Shown: positions 33,300-62,709 of the stretch, piece by piece | How the letters are laid out: each line of letters starts with the position of its first letter | Position numbering within the stretch: position 1 is the first letter of the stretch | Assembly: GCF_016432865.1 (NCBI RefSeq) | Contig: NC_067402.1 | Location: forward strand, 295,864,001 to 295,928,000 | Length of the DNA: 64,000 nt | Source of the DNA: Antechinus flavipes | Lineage: Eukaryota | Direction of reading: 5' to 3' | Made by a program: the position numbers and the translations under genes | The notes under the pieces: model-generated | The model's input: only the letters and a program-made list of their open reading frames with translations | Databases searched by the model: none | What the model was told of the DNA's origin: nothing

Positions 33300-35900
33300 A
33301 AGAGCAGGCCCCGCCTTGGCAGAGACGGAGGCGGCACGTGCCCGGGAGGCCAAACGGCGGCCCCCCTCCCCGTCTCCCTCGGCCCCAGCCCCCTGAACCC
33401 GCCCGGCCCGCGGCCATCCCCCGGAGGTCAGGCAGCCCCAGACCCCCGGCTGCTTCCGCGGGGCGCCCGCCCACCGAGGCTTCGGGAACTCTTCTGGTTC
33501 CGTAACCGGCTGCAGCCGGCGCCGCAAGTCGGCCCCCACTCTGTGGCGGGGGGGGCAGCGGGGGAGGGGGGCGCGGGGCAGCCGCTGAGGGCCCCGCCTG
33601 GCACGGGCTGGATTCCTGGCCCCCGGGCAAGAGGCCGGAGGGCGGCGGGAGGCTGGCAAGGGGCTGGGCGGGGCTAAAGCTGGCCCGGACTCGCTGCCAT
33701 TTAGGCCCCCTCCCCGCTCCTACCTGTGGGCTGCTTCTGCCCTTCGGGCCCATCAGATTTTTGAAGTCACTCCCCGGTTCTCCCGTCTCCTGACTGAGCG
33801 TCCTTGGTCCCTCCTCGAGGTGGTCTATGGGGGCGGGGGAGGGGCAGGAGGGGCCTCAGCTCCATGCTTCTAGTCGGGCAGACTAAGGTCCTGTCAGCGG
33901 CTCAGTCAGCTCAGAATTCCACTAAGCCTGTGGTCCACTCAGATCACCGGGACTTTTTTTTTAATTAAAAAAATGCCTATCAGTTCATGCTTTTCACAAG
34001 TCCATTCCCCTTTCCTGTCCTAACCCCAGACAGTCCCCGGTCACTCTTGTGGCTGCAGGTGAGTGGGTGGGGCTGTGCTGGGGGCCTGGATGAGCACCCC
34101 CTGCTCTAGCTCCCCGCCCCCATTTTTTTTGCCATTTTAAAATCCGGTCCTGGATGCAACCTCAGGGACCACCGAGGAATTCAGTGCCTCGGTGGCCCAA
34201 CCACACGAGATTGTCCCCCGCCCACCCGGCTGGGTCCCCGAAGCCCGCCGAGAAGAGGAAACAAAAGGGCTGTATCTCTTTAAAGAGAGAGCATGAGCTC
34301 ATCTTTCTCTTCCCACAGCTGATGTCATCAGGGAGCCACACACATGGAAGCCGCATCCCCGGGCCCGCAGGGAGGCTCAGGGCTGTCCTGCGGGGCTGGG
34401 GCGGCGGTGGGGAGGGGGGTCTGCAAAATATGGCAGCACCTGGCTCCGAGGCCGGACGCATTCCCAGCCCGGCTCTCTCCCCTCCCTGTCCCTCCTCCTC
34501 CTCCTCCTCTCCTCCCTCTTCTTCCTTCTCCTCCCTCCTTCTTTGTCCCCTTCCCTCTTCCTTCCTCTGTCCTCCTCCTTGTTTCCCCCCTTCCATCTCC
34601 TCTTCCTCCTCCTCTCCCTCTGTTCCTCTTCCCCTCCCTCCTCCTCCTTTCCCTCCTCCTCTTCTTCCTTTCTTCTCCTCCTCCCTTTTTCTTCCTGTCC
34701 TACTTCTTCCCCCGCCTTTCTTCTCCTTCCTCCTCCTCTTCTCCCTCGTCCCTCTCTTTCTCTCCCTCTGCCTCCTCCTCCTCTTCTTCCTCTTTCTTCT
34801 CCCTCCTTCTTTGCCCCCCGCCCTTTTTCTTCCTCTGTCCTTTTCCTTGTTTCCCACTTTCTTCTCCCCTCTCCTCTTCTCCTTCCTCTTTTCCTTTCCT
34901 CTTCTGTAAAGTCAAACTTACAATTGGAAGCCGAGACCCTTTTCCTTATTTTCCCCTCTAGTTAGTTCCCCTTTAGGTCTGGCTCTTCAGCCGCCCCTGC
35001 CCCTGTCACCTTCACTGGTCCCCCTCCCACCTGCCCCCGCCCCCTCCCCTCTCATTTCCGGGTCCGCGGCCACCCTGTCGCTGGGCTTCCCATCTCCCTC
35101 TGCTCTAATCCTCCTTCCCAGCTGCCAAAAGACTGAATCCCACCTGCGACGGGTCCCCGCTCAGTACTTCCCGAGGCTCCTCATTGTCTTGGACATAAAA
35201 CGCAAGCCTCGACCCCTTTGCCAGCTCCCGCCTATTTCCCGGACTTTTTTCCTTCACATTTCCCCCCTCTGGTGTCCCCGCCGAGGCGCGCGGCTGTTTC
35301 TGGAGCTCCGCTGGTTCCCACCTCCGCGCGTTTGCCGAGGCGATCCCGCCCTGCGCGCCGCTCCTTCCTCCTTCCCGCTTTCGGACTATTAGCTCCCTTC
35401 CGCTGTCAGTTCGTCTCACCTGAAAAGGCCGCAAGCCCAGACAGAAGCGCAAGGACGGCGCGGGGCGCCTTGCGTCTCCAGCCTCCAAAGCGGCCTCAGA
35501 GGCTGAGCCTCGGCACAACGGGGATCCAGTCCCCGCGGCTCGTGCAAATTCGGGCCTGACGATTAACCCGAGAAAACGCGGGCGCTCCCCGTGTGGGCCA
35601 GCCATTCCAGCAAAAGGCGCGGGTCTGAATGCCGACCCGGTCCCCTTCCGTCGGCCGTCTGCTTCCCGGGGGTGCGCGTCGGGGCTGGCTCCGGAGGTGT
35701 GGGAAAGCGCGGGAGAAACGGACTGCTCAGCAAGCTAAAGAGCCTTTGTGCTGACCTCAGTCTCTGGCCACGGAACCTGGACTGCGGAGCCTGGCAGGAA
35801 AGGGAATCGCCTCCCTCCCGACTGTCCTAGGAAGCTCCCGGGGAGCCCCCGGCAGGACGGGTTCCAGATCCCGAGGTGCTGTCTGGAACTAACCTGCCAA
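33300..35900. promoter_or_regulatory. CpG-rich region without a recognisable coding gene (sub-islands at about 33320-33720 and 35050-35900)
   Basis: Locally high CpG density, GC boxes and strong splice motifs on both strands. Confidence 0.45.
34480..34910. repeat. CT-rich low-complexity tract
   Basis: Almost pure pyrimidine on the plus strand. Confidence 0.95.
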
Positions 35901-35919
35901 GGGTTCGGGCTCTAGCACC

Positions 35920-36335
35920 GAAAGCACAATCCTCTGGGCTGGCCACACTGTTCAGATGCCAAATGCCCACCTGCTGAAAAGATTACTTTCTGGAGAGCCC
36001 ACATCGGGCAAACGCTCACAAGGTGGTCAGAAAAAGCGATACAAGGACACTCCATTGCATGACTCAGGAGACACTGGCACAGGACCGCCTGGTGTGGGGA
36101 GCCCTCCCCATGTGCTCCCTGAGCAAAGCAGAATGGAAGTAGCCCAAACAAAACTCCAGATGCACAAGTTAGGGAATTGCTGGAAAATTCACAGGGACTA
36201 TTTGTGTCCCACCCGTGGCAGCGCATTCTGAGCTCATATGATCTGCTCAGCCACAGTGGGTGCCTGTGCCTGTGCCTGCCCCCGCAGAGGGACGGCATTT
36301 TGGTCCTCACTGAGAGCAAAGGGCACCAACCAGCA
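35920..36335 (+). mobile_element. RTE-clade LINE 3' fragment
   Basis: WAGHTVQMPNAHLLKRLLSGE...GKRSQGGQKKRYKDT and DYLCPT; 3' end tggtcctcactgagagcaaagggcaccaacc resembles the RTE tail. Confidence 0.85.
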
Positions 36336-36399
36336 GAGGGTCTTTTCCCTGGCGGGCGGGTCTGGGAACCCACAGTCGGGATGATCCTTGGCCAAGTGT

Positions 36400-36670
36400 G
36401 CGATTCAGTTCGACAAAGATTTATTAAGTGTCCACGAAGCACCAGACCCTGGGAATACAGAGGCCACATGAAACAATCACTGACCTCCAGGAGCTCATCT
36501 TATCCAGAGAGAGGGAACTATGGGTACAAAGAATATCTCACTAGGAAATGTGTTCAAAGTCTTTTCGGGGTGCTGGAGAGAGCACAGGTTTCCCGCCCAG
36601 GGCAGTTTGTGATTGGAGAACTGAGGTTTCAGATGGAGGGGACCAGTGATGTGGTTCAAGGACCAAATGA
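36400..36670 (-). mobile_element. L2 fragment
   Basis: aagatttattaagtg...ctgggaataca...gacctccaggagctca, L2 3' region in reverse. Confidence 0.6.
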
Positions 36671-36676
36671 TTTGGG

Positions 36677-37286
36677 TGATGTAGACGCCGGATGCCGCAG
36701 GCCTCAAAAGTTGAGGTTCAGTCATACAAACAATTCCCAATGGTGGTTCTCTTTGACAAAAGGCAGATTATTTAGGACTAGGTTCCTGACAAAATGAAGG
36801 GGTACACGGACACCAGAAATGGGCAATACGAAATAGAGAACATATGAAAGACAAGTTCCTCACGGGACTCACGATTACGCAGTAGAAAGGGGAGCACCCC
36901 ATGAGCTTGGAGCACATCCTCAGCTGGCAGGCTAAATCCTGAAAGGGACCTGAAAGGTCCCCTAAAAGTTAGTTAGCTGTAAGAAGTGGGGCTGGGAAGC
37001 ATAGTGGAGTTAGGGGAGATACCTCATGCCATGGGGAAGGGGAAGAGGAAGGGGAAAGATCAGGAGGCAGAGAGCCATGGCAGAAGGACCCAGAGGAAGG
37101 CCGCAGCACGGGATGGTCCATAAGTAGATTTTAATCAGGAAAATTTAGCCTCAGACACTTGACTGGGATTTCTGACTGGGCAAGGCTAGGGAAGACTGCC
37201 GGCCATCTTCCCAGAGGGTGGGTCTCAGGGGCAGGACTTGGATTTCATCCTGGAGGACTTCCCCAGAGGGCGGGACATCGCTATCA
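36677..37286 (-). mobile_element. Solo LTR related to the 30.4-kb element
   Basis: Shares ttc(c/t)caatgg..ttctctttg.caa.agg.ag.ttatttagg with about 30405-30445; boundaries approximate. Confidence 0.6.
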
Positions 37287-39241
37287 GCACCTTTCTCCTG
37301 CTTGCCTCAGGGAGCAATTCTAGTTTCTGTCTCCAACAAATTTTCCAAATCTTATCATCAGGAAGGGTTAGGGTTCCCTTCTCTTCATCCTTCACTCTCC
37401 CTTCTCTTCCATTTTCCCTCTCCCCCCATTTCTCCTCCCTCCAGTTTCCTGAGATGTTCTGTCTTTCTCCCTTAGGATTTAAGCCTCTGGAGCCCAGGGA
37501 TTGTCCTGTTTGCTTGTAGTTGAATTTCCAGTCTGATGCCAAGAACCCAGCAACCCTTAATGAAGGGAAAGACAAGGCCAGACCAGGAAAGGAAGCTTTG
37601 CCCCGAGCCTATGATTCAGAATCACGGGGATTCTGAGGAGAGCCAGAGGGTGGAGGATCACCAGGCCTTTTCCTGTCTCGAGGATAGCATTGGGTTGCTT
37701 ATTAATGAGAAGAGAGGCAGAGGGAAGAGGGAGAAGGGGGAGGTCCTTTGACTGCCTCACAACCCTACGGTCAGATATGTTCTGGGGTTCACTCTAGTGC
37801 TCCCCCCGAGTGTGTATATGGGGGGTGGGGAGACCCCTGCACTGGCTGGAGAAGGTGGCTGGAGGCCAGGCTGGTAGAAGTGGCCTGCAAAGTGCTAGAC
37901 AGGGGATCCGTGAGTGGGTGGATTGAGGGTTATGAGCCTGTTTTACAGCGGAGGAAACTGAGCAGGTTAAGCAGCTTTGCCCAAGCTCGTGTTCTCTCCT
38001 CCTTCCTTCTGCTGCCATGTCTGCCCAGTGGTTCCCAATTCTCAGAGCATAGACGCCTTGTTAACTGCCAACATTCAGGAGTGCTCCCGACCTATAGAAA
38101 GAGTCTGCTGATGGAGAACGTCTAAGGTGACCCCAAACTCCAGTGAATTCTGAGGTGCTTCTGGTGAATTTGTCCTTTCTTAGCCACAGCATCTAAACCT
38201 TGGAGAACCGAGTCCCCCATTCCTCCCGGCCCGCCCCAGAGCCCCCCATTCCGACTCCCCCCCCTTGGGGGCCATCTCCAGGTGCCCTTGGACAGGAGAC
38301 TTGGAGGAGAGCGAGCTTGGTGACTTTGCACAGCCCTCCCTCACTGAAATCCCGTTCATTTTCCAGTCAAGCCTTCATCTTCCTGATGCCGTTGGTGCTC
38401 TGGGAGAAGGCAGGACAAGCTACATTATTCCCCCGCCTCCCCACCGGCTCTCCCTTCCTCTCCCCCAGCCTGCATCCCCCAGTCACGCACCCCCTGAGGA
38501 CCAGTCCCAGCCCATCAGTGGAGAACGGCCCGGGGCAGTTGTTATCTGGGCTGTCCGGACTGCGCCGGCCCCGCCCAGATAATAAGATGCCACTGTCCTT
38601 CGGGCGGGGGTCCCTCCGAGGCCCAGGGGAAGGAGATTTTCTTCAAGGGTTTTCAGAGTTTGGGGTCCCCTCTTCAAGAGGGAACTCTGTACCCTAGTAA
38701 CCTCCTGGCATTTCCGTGGAAGGGCTCTCCGGGCTGCCCCGGGCTGCGGTGCGGGGGCGCGGGGGGCGCCGGGGCCGGGAGGCGAAGGGCCCGCTGGAGC
38801 GGCCTCCAGGTGCGGGGATGGCAGGAAGGGCCGGGGGGCACCCACGCGGGGGCGGGGCAGCCAGCTCCGGCTGGAGCAGGCGTGGGTGGGGGGCGGGCAC
38901 CGTCTTGTCCCCGCCCGCTCCCTGGGACGCAGGCGCGGAGTGAGCCGGGGAGGCGAGGGGAGGGCAGGGATCGGGGCGGGGCGGGGCGGAGCCCGAGGGG
39001 CGGGGCGGCGGAAGCTCTCCCTCCTCCTCCTCCCCTCCCTCTTCTCTCCTCTCCCTCCCCCCCAGTGGGGCGCTGCCGGTCCAGCTGCTGCTGCTGCCGG
39101 GCTCGGGCCGGGCCGGACGCTGCGATCGCCCTAGGAGTGCCCCGGAGCCGGTCCGCCCTCCCTGCCCCCCGGGGCCCCCTCCCTCTCGGGCTCCTCCCCT
39201 GGGGCCCCCCTCCCGCGGGCCCCCGCACCTGCGATGAGCCC

Positions 39242-56527
<17,286 letters not shown>

Positions 56528-57461
56528 CAGCGCGCCCCGGAGAGCCAGCACTGCCCTGGCTGCCGCTGCCAAGTGCAAGTGCCTGTCTGCCGTGGTTCTC
56601 CGCGACACCCGCCGCCACCGCCCGGAGTCCAGAGTCCCGCGCCTGCCCCTGCCTGGCCGGGCTCGCCCGAGGGAAGCCTCTCAGAACACCAGCCGCCCCC
56701 ACTGAAGTGCCTCTTTCTCCTCCCACGCCGCCCGGCCCCCCGTGCCTGCGCCGCAGACGCCCCGACGAGGACGTGGGTCCGGAGGAGGCCGGCGAGCGGA
56801 CCGTCCTCACGCTAGCACGGAGTTGGCTTTACAACAGATGAGAACCAGCCGACTTTGCCGGGGGCTGTTTGAACCCAGCAAGGGGAGGGTCTCATGGCGA
56901 CGCTTGCGTCCTGGCCGGCCCCTCTTCTGGTGACTGATGACTCCGCAGGGGCCAAGGGAGGAGTGGACCCGGGACTCTTGGCCAGGCTGAGGGCAGTCCT
57001 TTAAGTGCTCTGGGGGAAGGGGGTTTCCCGCACAGCCGGCCCCCTCCCACTTCCAGCCAAAGAATACCCACCACCCATCTGGAGAAAGGCCACTCCGGGC
57101 ACGGGCTATGAGAGGGGCGGCTGGACGCCTGGCGGGACCCTCCCAGACCCTCGCGAGAGCCTGGGCCGCTCCATGCAGGGGCGGTGCCCTTGGGGGCTGG
57201 GGCGGCTTCTCGTTCCTCTGACTGTACTTTAGTCCCGTTTTTCAGTCCGACACACTGAGGAGCGACGGGAGTTGGCGAAGGTGGCCGGGGGGTGGGGGGA
57301 GGGCGTCAGTATATCCTGATGGAGGAAGGAAACTTTGAAGGGAGGCGTGAATGTCTATTTCCATTTTCCCTCCCCCTTGGCGGGCAAGTTCCCATTCTCC
57401 CGCTCACGAGGGGCCCGTTTGGTGGTCCTGGCGAGGACGGGGGTTGTCCAGGTCCGTCTGG

Positions 57462-57467
57462 AATAAA
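57462..57467 (+). terminator. KIAA0930: Candidate KIAA0930 poly(A) signal
   Basis: First AATAAA I found on the plus strand after the stop codon; usage unverified. Confidence 0.35.
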
Positions 57468-57589
57468 CCTGCTGACCTGCTTCCATTGTGGCCGGTTTGG
57501 GAGCCAGCCTGGGGCAGCGGGAGGACTCGGGGTGGTCAGCGACTGCAGAAGGCAGTGTTTCCCCAGCTCGGCCTCAGTACGGGGGTGGG

Positions 57590-57720
57590 AACACCCCAGG
57601 CAAGTGATTTCGTTTCTCAGTGCCTCAGTTTGCCCATCTGTAAAATGGGGCTAATCACCTACCTCACAGGGGGTCAGGAGAGTGAGAAGGATGAGCAGCG
57701 GGTCACTCACGGGGACAGGT
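57590..57720. mobile_element. MIR SINE
   Basis: ggcaagtgattt...gcctcagtttgcccatctgtaaaatgggg core. Confidence 0.7.
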
Positions 57721-59376
57721 TTCGCCTCCATCAGAATCACATCCCCAGCCTGGGCAATGCGGCCCAAAGTCAGAGGCCGTGCCTCCATCTTGAGACAAGT
57801 GCCAAAAGGTTCCTTTTCCCTTTGGGGGAGAGGAATTTCCCAGGAGGCGGAAGGCCCCCTCCCCACCCCACCCCGCCTGTCCAAAGAAGCCCGTCTCTCC
57901 CCGCCGTGTGGCGCGCAGGTCCCTGCGGAGGATGCGGATGCTCCACCTGGGAGGGACGGCCCTGCCCAGTCCCCGCACGCCCCCCACCAGCATTGCAGAG
58001 CGGCACGAGCCCCTCAGTAAGCCCCAGGGGACACAGTAGGTGGGCCAGGTCTGAATCTGGTCCTGGGGAAGCTTCCCCTGGATCAGGCTCTCGCCTGGGC
58101 TCCGGCCTCCACCCGAGGGCCACCATTTCCTTCCGAGAAGCCTGGCTGGGCCTCAGCCCGAGGGGCCGGGCCCGGAGGAGCCGGGGGCCAGCATGGGCAG
58201 ACTGGGACGGCCGCCGGCCGGAGGGAAGGCACCGCAAGGCGGGCGTTGGAGTAGAGGAAGCAGGCTTAGGAGGGGAGGGGCTGCCGCCCTGCATGTTGTT
58301 CCTCTCCCCGGCTTGGCAGGTCCTGCTCCCCAGCCCTGCCCCCTTTCCCCACAGTTAGGAAGGTTAGAACAGCTAAGGAGAGAGGGACGGACCCCAGGTC
58401 TGCAGCCAGCACCCCACCCCCAGGCCCACCTCCCATTGGGCATCTACTTGGAACTAAAATCGGAACTCGAGGTCTGGGCCTGTCCAAGGGAGAAACGGCC
58501 TAGGGCAGCGAACCCTGGTCACCTATTAAGCGCTTACTGTATGCTAGCCACTTGCGCCAGGCTCCGAAAGGTGGGGGCCCAGGCAATTCCTTGGCACCTT
58601 CTGGGAGGGGGCTCTGAGGGTCCGATTCTCGTTTCCTCTCCCCCTTGCTGTGCTCTGTATCTGCCAAAAGCCTAGGACCCTAGAAGGGAGAACAGCTCTT
58701 CTGGCTTTGCCTTCATCCCCTGCAGACCTGACCCCTTTTCTGGCTCTTGAGGCTCTACACGTGGGCAGGAGAGGGAGGACTTCCTACATGAAGTCTCCCA
58801 GGAGCGTCCCCCCCACCCCCACGAGGCCCTGCAGGCAGGAGGATGCTGGAGTCCCCTTACAGCCCGCGGGGAGGTCGTCTCCTGGTCAGGGGTGCAGCCC
58901 CCAAGAGCCCTGGGGCCAGCAAGGCCCCCCAACTCCACAGGGTCCCGAGGAAGGCTGGGCTCTGCTGCTGGAAGGACGGGCGGGGGGAGACGGGGTGTAA
59001 ATAGCCTCTGTATGTGTCCTGATTGCGTGTAAAGTAGCCACAGCTGTAAACATCTGTTCAGAGCATCTTCCTCCCACTACTTAAGGCTTCTCTGCTGTTT
59101 TAGCGCCGTTGGATCACACTCACGCTGCCGTGGGGGGCTGCACTGCGGCTCCGGGGGGGTTTGTCTGACACACAGCCCATGACTGACCAGGGTGGGGAGA
59201 CGAGACGGGCTCGAGCTCCATCCTTAGCCCCTCTGAACCTTGGGCTGGGGTGGGAGGAGGCGGGCGTGGACCTCTCCCATCAGGTAGTCTCATCTGACCG
59301 GACAGCGAGGGGGTGAGGGGCCGCGCTGGGGCCGTGAGCAAGCACAGTGGGTCAGGACTGGTGGCAGCCGGGCCGC

Positions 59377-59615
59377 TGGGCTCCCTGGGCCAGGCCAGGC
59401 TGTTGGGCTCCCTGGGCCGGGCCGGGCTGCTGGGCTCCCTGGGCCAGGCCAGGCTGCTGGGCTCCCTGGCATTCTGGGCCAGGCCGGGCTGCTGGGCTCC
59501 CTGGCGTTCTGGGCCAGGCCGGGCTGTTGGGCTCCCTGGCGTTCTGGGCCAGGCCGGGCTGCTGGGCTCCCTGGGCCAGGCCGGGCTGTTGGGCTCCCTG
59601 GCGTTCTGGGCCGGG
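59377..59615. repeat. 27/35-bp minisatellite x8
   Basis: tgggctccctg at 59377, 59404, 59431, 59458, 59493, 59528, 59563 and 59590. Confidence 0.93.
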
Positions 59616-59655
59616 ATGGGACCGTGAGCAAGCACAGTGGGTCAGGACCAGTGGT

Positions 59656-59695
59656 GGCCGGGCCGGGCCGGGCCGGGCCGGGCCGGGCCGGGCCG
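59656..59695. repeat. (GGCCG)8 pentanucleotide repeat
   Basis: Read directly from the sequence. Confidence 0.95.
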
Positions 59696-61495
59696 CTGGG
59701 TCCTTGGTGCTCTGGGCCAGACAGCAGGCCTTCCAGCCACTGATTTCTCCTGCTTCTTAGTGTGGCCTGTAGAAGGCAGAACCACGGGGGCTTCTGACTT
59801 TATGAGCCATTCCACCATTAAGTGATGACATTTCAATTGTCATCCAGTGACGTGAGGCTGAAGTGACAGCCAGATTGGGGGTTCACGCCTTCTCACCACG
59901 TTTTGCGGAGCACAAGGGAAACGCTGCCGGGCTTCCACATTTTGGGGGAGCAGCAGCCGCTTAGTCTGCCCCTTTATTCCCGAAAAGGGCCAATCATCCC
60001 TTGGGTTTGGAGGTCCCGAGACAGCTGCTGAACGGAACCCCAGCTCGGTAGCGCCTTCTGAGCCGGGCTTCAGCTGGAGCCCCTTCAGGCAGGGTCCTTG
60101 GATACTCTCAGCCATCCTCGTAGGGCAGTGGGCCCAGGCTCAACATGCTATGGGTCTGGGATCAGGGGCTCACCTGGCAAGAAGCGCTCCCACCCCTTTC
60201 CACTAGAGCTTGCCCTTCGGGACAAGGTGAAGACCACCCTTGGCTACCCAATCAGCAGAACCAGGCGCCCAGCTGCCTCCAGGACCCGAGGCCACACAGC
60301 CTGCCTGTGCTTTCTCCTTCTCCAGGCCTGTTTCCCCACCTTGAGGGGTGGGATAAAGTCCCTCACTGTGGGATTCCCTGGACCATCCCCATGTTTGGCC
60401 CCTGGTGCCGGCCCAACATTGGTCCCAAGACTGGGGGTCAGGGGCGAGGTGGCGGCCCAGAAATGGGCTCTGGCACTGCCTGACCATGCCCTTGGGCCGG
60501 CCATCACACTGCAGTGCAACACCAACCAAGCACAGTCCAGGGGCTTTAGTCTGAGAAAAGGGTGTGGGTGAGAACCCCCAGAAAATCCACGACAGAGCCG
60601 AGGAGCGAGCCTTAAGGACCCACTCAGGATGCTAGAATTGGAGGTGTCCAATGGAGACAGGCTTGTGTCACCTGCCCTGCCATCCCTCTAAGGGAGCTGC
60701 CCCTTCGCCTCCATGGCACGGTGGGGCCTGCCTGCCCTCCAAGGGGTCCCTCTGCCAAGACAATGGATGCAGCCTGGACAACACCAAGGGGACCAGGGAG
60801 CCCAAGAACCAGGAACATGGGCAGATACCAAATGGGCAGCGCAGGCCACCAAGTTTCAAGTTTTCCTTAGGTAAGGAACCTGCCCCAGGGTCACACAGCT
60901 CTGGGGTCAGAGGGGTCCACAAGGCTGACCGTCTGCTGACCATGGCCACGAGCCTCACCAACAGGCCCCTTGTCTTCTCACACATTAGCACTGGCCAAAA
61001 GCCTCGGCTCTCCCCTCAATGGGGCAAAGGCAATTCCCACAGATGGGGTCTTTTCCCCAGGGTGCCCTAGGTGATCGCCGAGGGTACAGACGTTGAGGGT
61101 GGATGCCGCAGAACCAAGACCGCAGCCATTGCCCACACCCGAGCCAACCCACCCATCGGCCAGGGGAGCTTCTGCACCTTGCCTGGAGGCTGCGGGAGGT
61201 CCTGACAAAGTAGGACCTCCAATTTTAAGGCACAGGAGTCTCGGCGCACTAACCCTAAGCTCAACAAAACCCTGCTACTGGGTCCCAGAGGCTTCTTCGC
61301 CCCGTCGATCTTCCCAAACTGCCAAGTTGCCCCTGCTGAGTGAGGGCGCCGGTCCAACATCAGCCGTCAGACTTGGGATCCAGAGGAGCAGTTACCAGTG
61401 TCTCCCCTGGGGTCCACGCGCCAGGCTGCCCTTCCCAGGAAGGAAGGCGAGGGTGACACACTGTGCTGATGCTGCCCTGCGTTCAGTTAAAGCTT

Positions 61496-61501
61496 TTTAT
61501 T
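61496..61501 (-). terminator. NUP50: Candidate proximal NUP50 poly(A) signal
   Basis: AATAAA on the minus strand, about 147 nt after the stop. Confidence 0.6.
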
Positions 61502-61647
61502 GGCCATAGTAATTTTCCCCCGACAATACCTTTCAGAATACCTGTACGTTCTTAGAATGTCAAAGTAGAAAGTTAAGAATAAAAGGAATAAGTTTAAGGG
61601 AAAAAAGCAGCAACTTGGCAAACGAGTCTCTGCACCCGCTAGCGCCT

Positions 61648-61850
61648 TCACACTTCCTTCTTCTCCTGCAAGATTTTGTGCAGTTCGTCGGCGTCCTCGG
61701 TGGTCTTGACCCGGATGAGCATCGTCACGGGGACAGTGGCGCTCTTCTCGTTGATGGGAGGGTTGGGGACACAGACAATGAGAACGTTGTTCTTGCCAGT
61801 TCGGGAGCAGGGCATGTTGGGCGGAACCAGGACATTCAGGAGTATGTTAC
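61648..61850 (-). CDS. NUP50: NUP50 last exon, 203 nt
   Basis: gacatgcag|GT AAC ATA; stop TGA at 61650-61648. Confidence 0.95.
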
Positions 61851-62709
61851 CTGCATGTCAATGGAGAAGGGGCCATGAGATGCCCTCCTGGCCAGAAGGG
61901 TGGATCCACAAACGCCCCCCACCCCGGCCTGCTGAGTTGGGCTTTCACCTCTCCCCTAAGGTGCGGCCCAGCCCTCAGAGGGGGAGGGCTCTTATGCACC
62001 CCCTCCCCACAACCTCCTTAGAGCCCTGGCCTTGGTCCATGCCAGCACCCCCTCTATGTCCTGCAGTGGAAGCCCTGGGTGCGAGATGCTCACCTCTCCC
62101 CAAGCCCTAATGGCGGGCCAACACTACACACCCAAGGGACCTGGCATGCCCAGGTCAGAGACGTTTTGCTCAGTTACTTGCTGGTTGGTCCGAGAGACCC
62201 AAGATCCAAACTCGGCTTTCAGCCAGTAAGTTGCGGTCTGTGCCCTCCTAGGAGACCGCCCACCCGGCACAGCAGGCTAGTGCAGAGGCCCAGAAGGAAA
62301 TCTTACCCACTGGCCAGGTTCTGACTACCTCCTAAGCCTAGGCCTCCTAGGGCGAAGGTCAGAGGCTTCTGGACCGAAAGGGCCCCGACTCATCCGGGGC
62401 AGGAGCCCCACAGCGCAGGCGCACTTCTAAGAAGCAGGATGGCGGCGGCTTCAAGGCCTGTATCAATTCCCCCCTCTGAAAGCCTGGGTTTAACAAAGGC
62501 CTTTGCCATTCCACTAAGGGCCATGCAGCTGAGGCTCAGGGGCCATCCCCCTCTTCAGAGAGAGCCAGCCCTTCATCGTGGGTCACTCACCTAAATTGGT
62601 GTCAGCTCGAACCAGAAGTTGGGTCTTCTGATTGGCGGCAGGTTTCAAGTGCAGTGTGCCCACACCCTTCTCTTTGAACTCATTATCTTTTTTGTAAAAG
62701 AGTTTGCAC
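61648..62709 (-). CDS. NUP50: NUP50, partial: last two coding exons (Ran-binding domain); the rest of the gene lies beyond the window
   Basis: [40 protein letters not shown] joined to [31 protein letters not shown]...[15 protein letters not shown]. Confidence 0.95.
62591..62709 (-). CDS. NUP50: NUP50 penultimate exon, 119 nt
   Basis: ORF 62583..62813; ctccccag| acceptor and GTGAGT donor. Confidence 0.95.

Noticed and set aside
34154-34965. Long F/L/P/S-rich and E/K/R-rich ORFs
   Set aside because: Translations of a CT-rich low-complexity tract.
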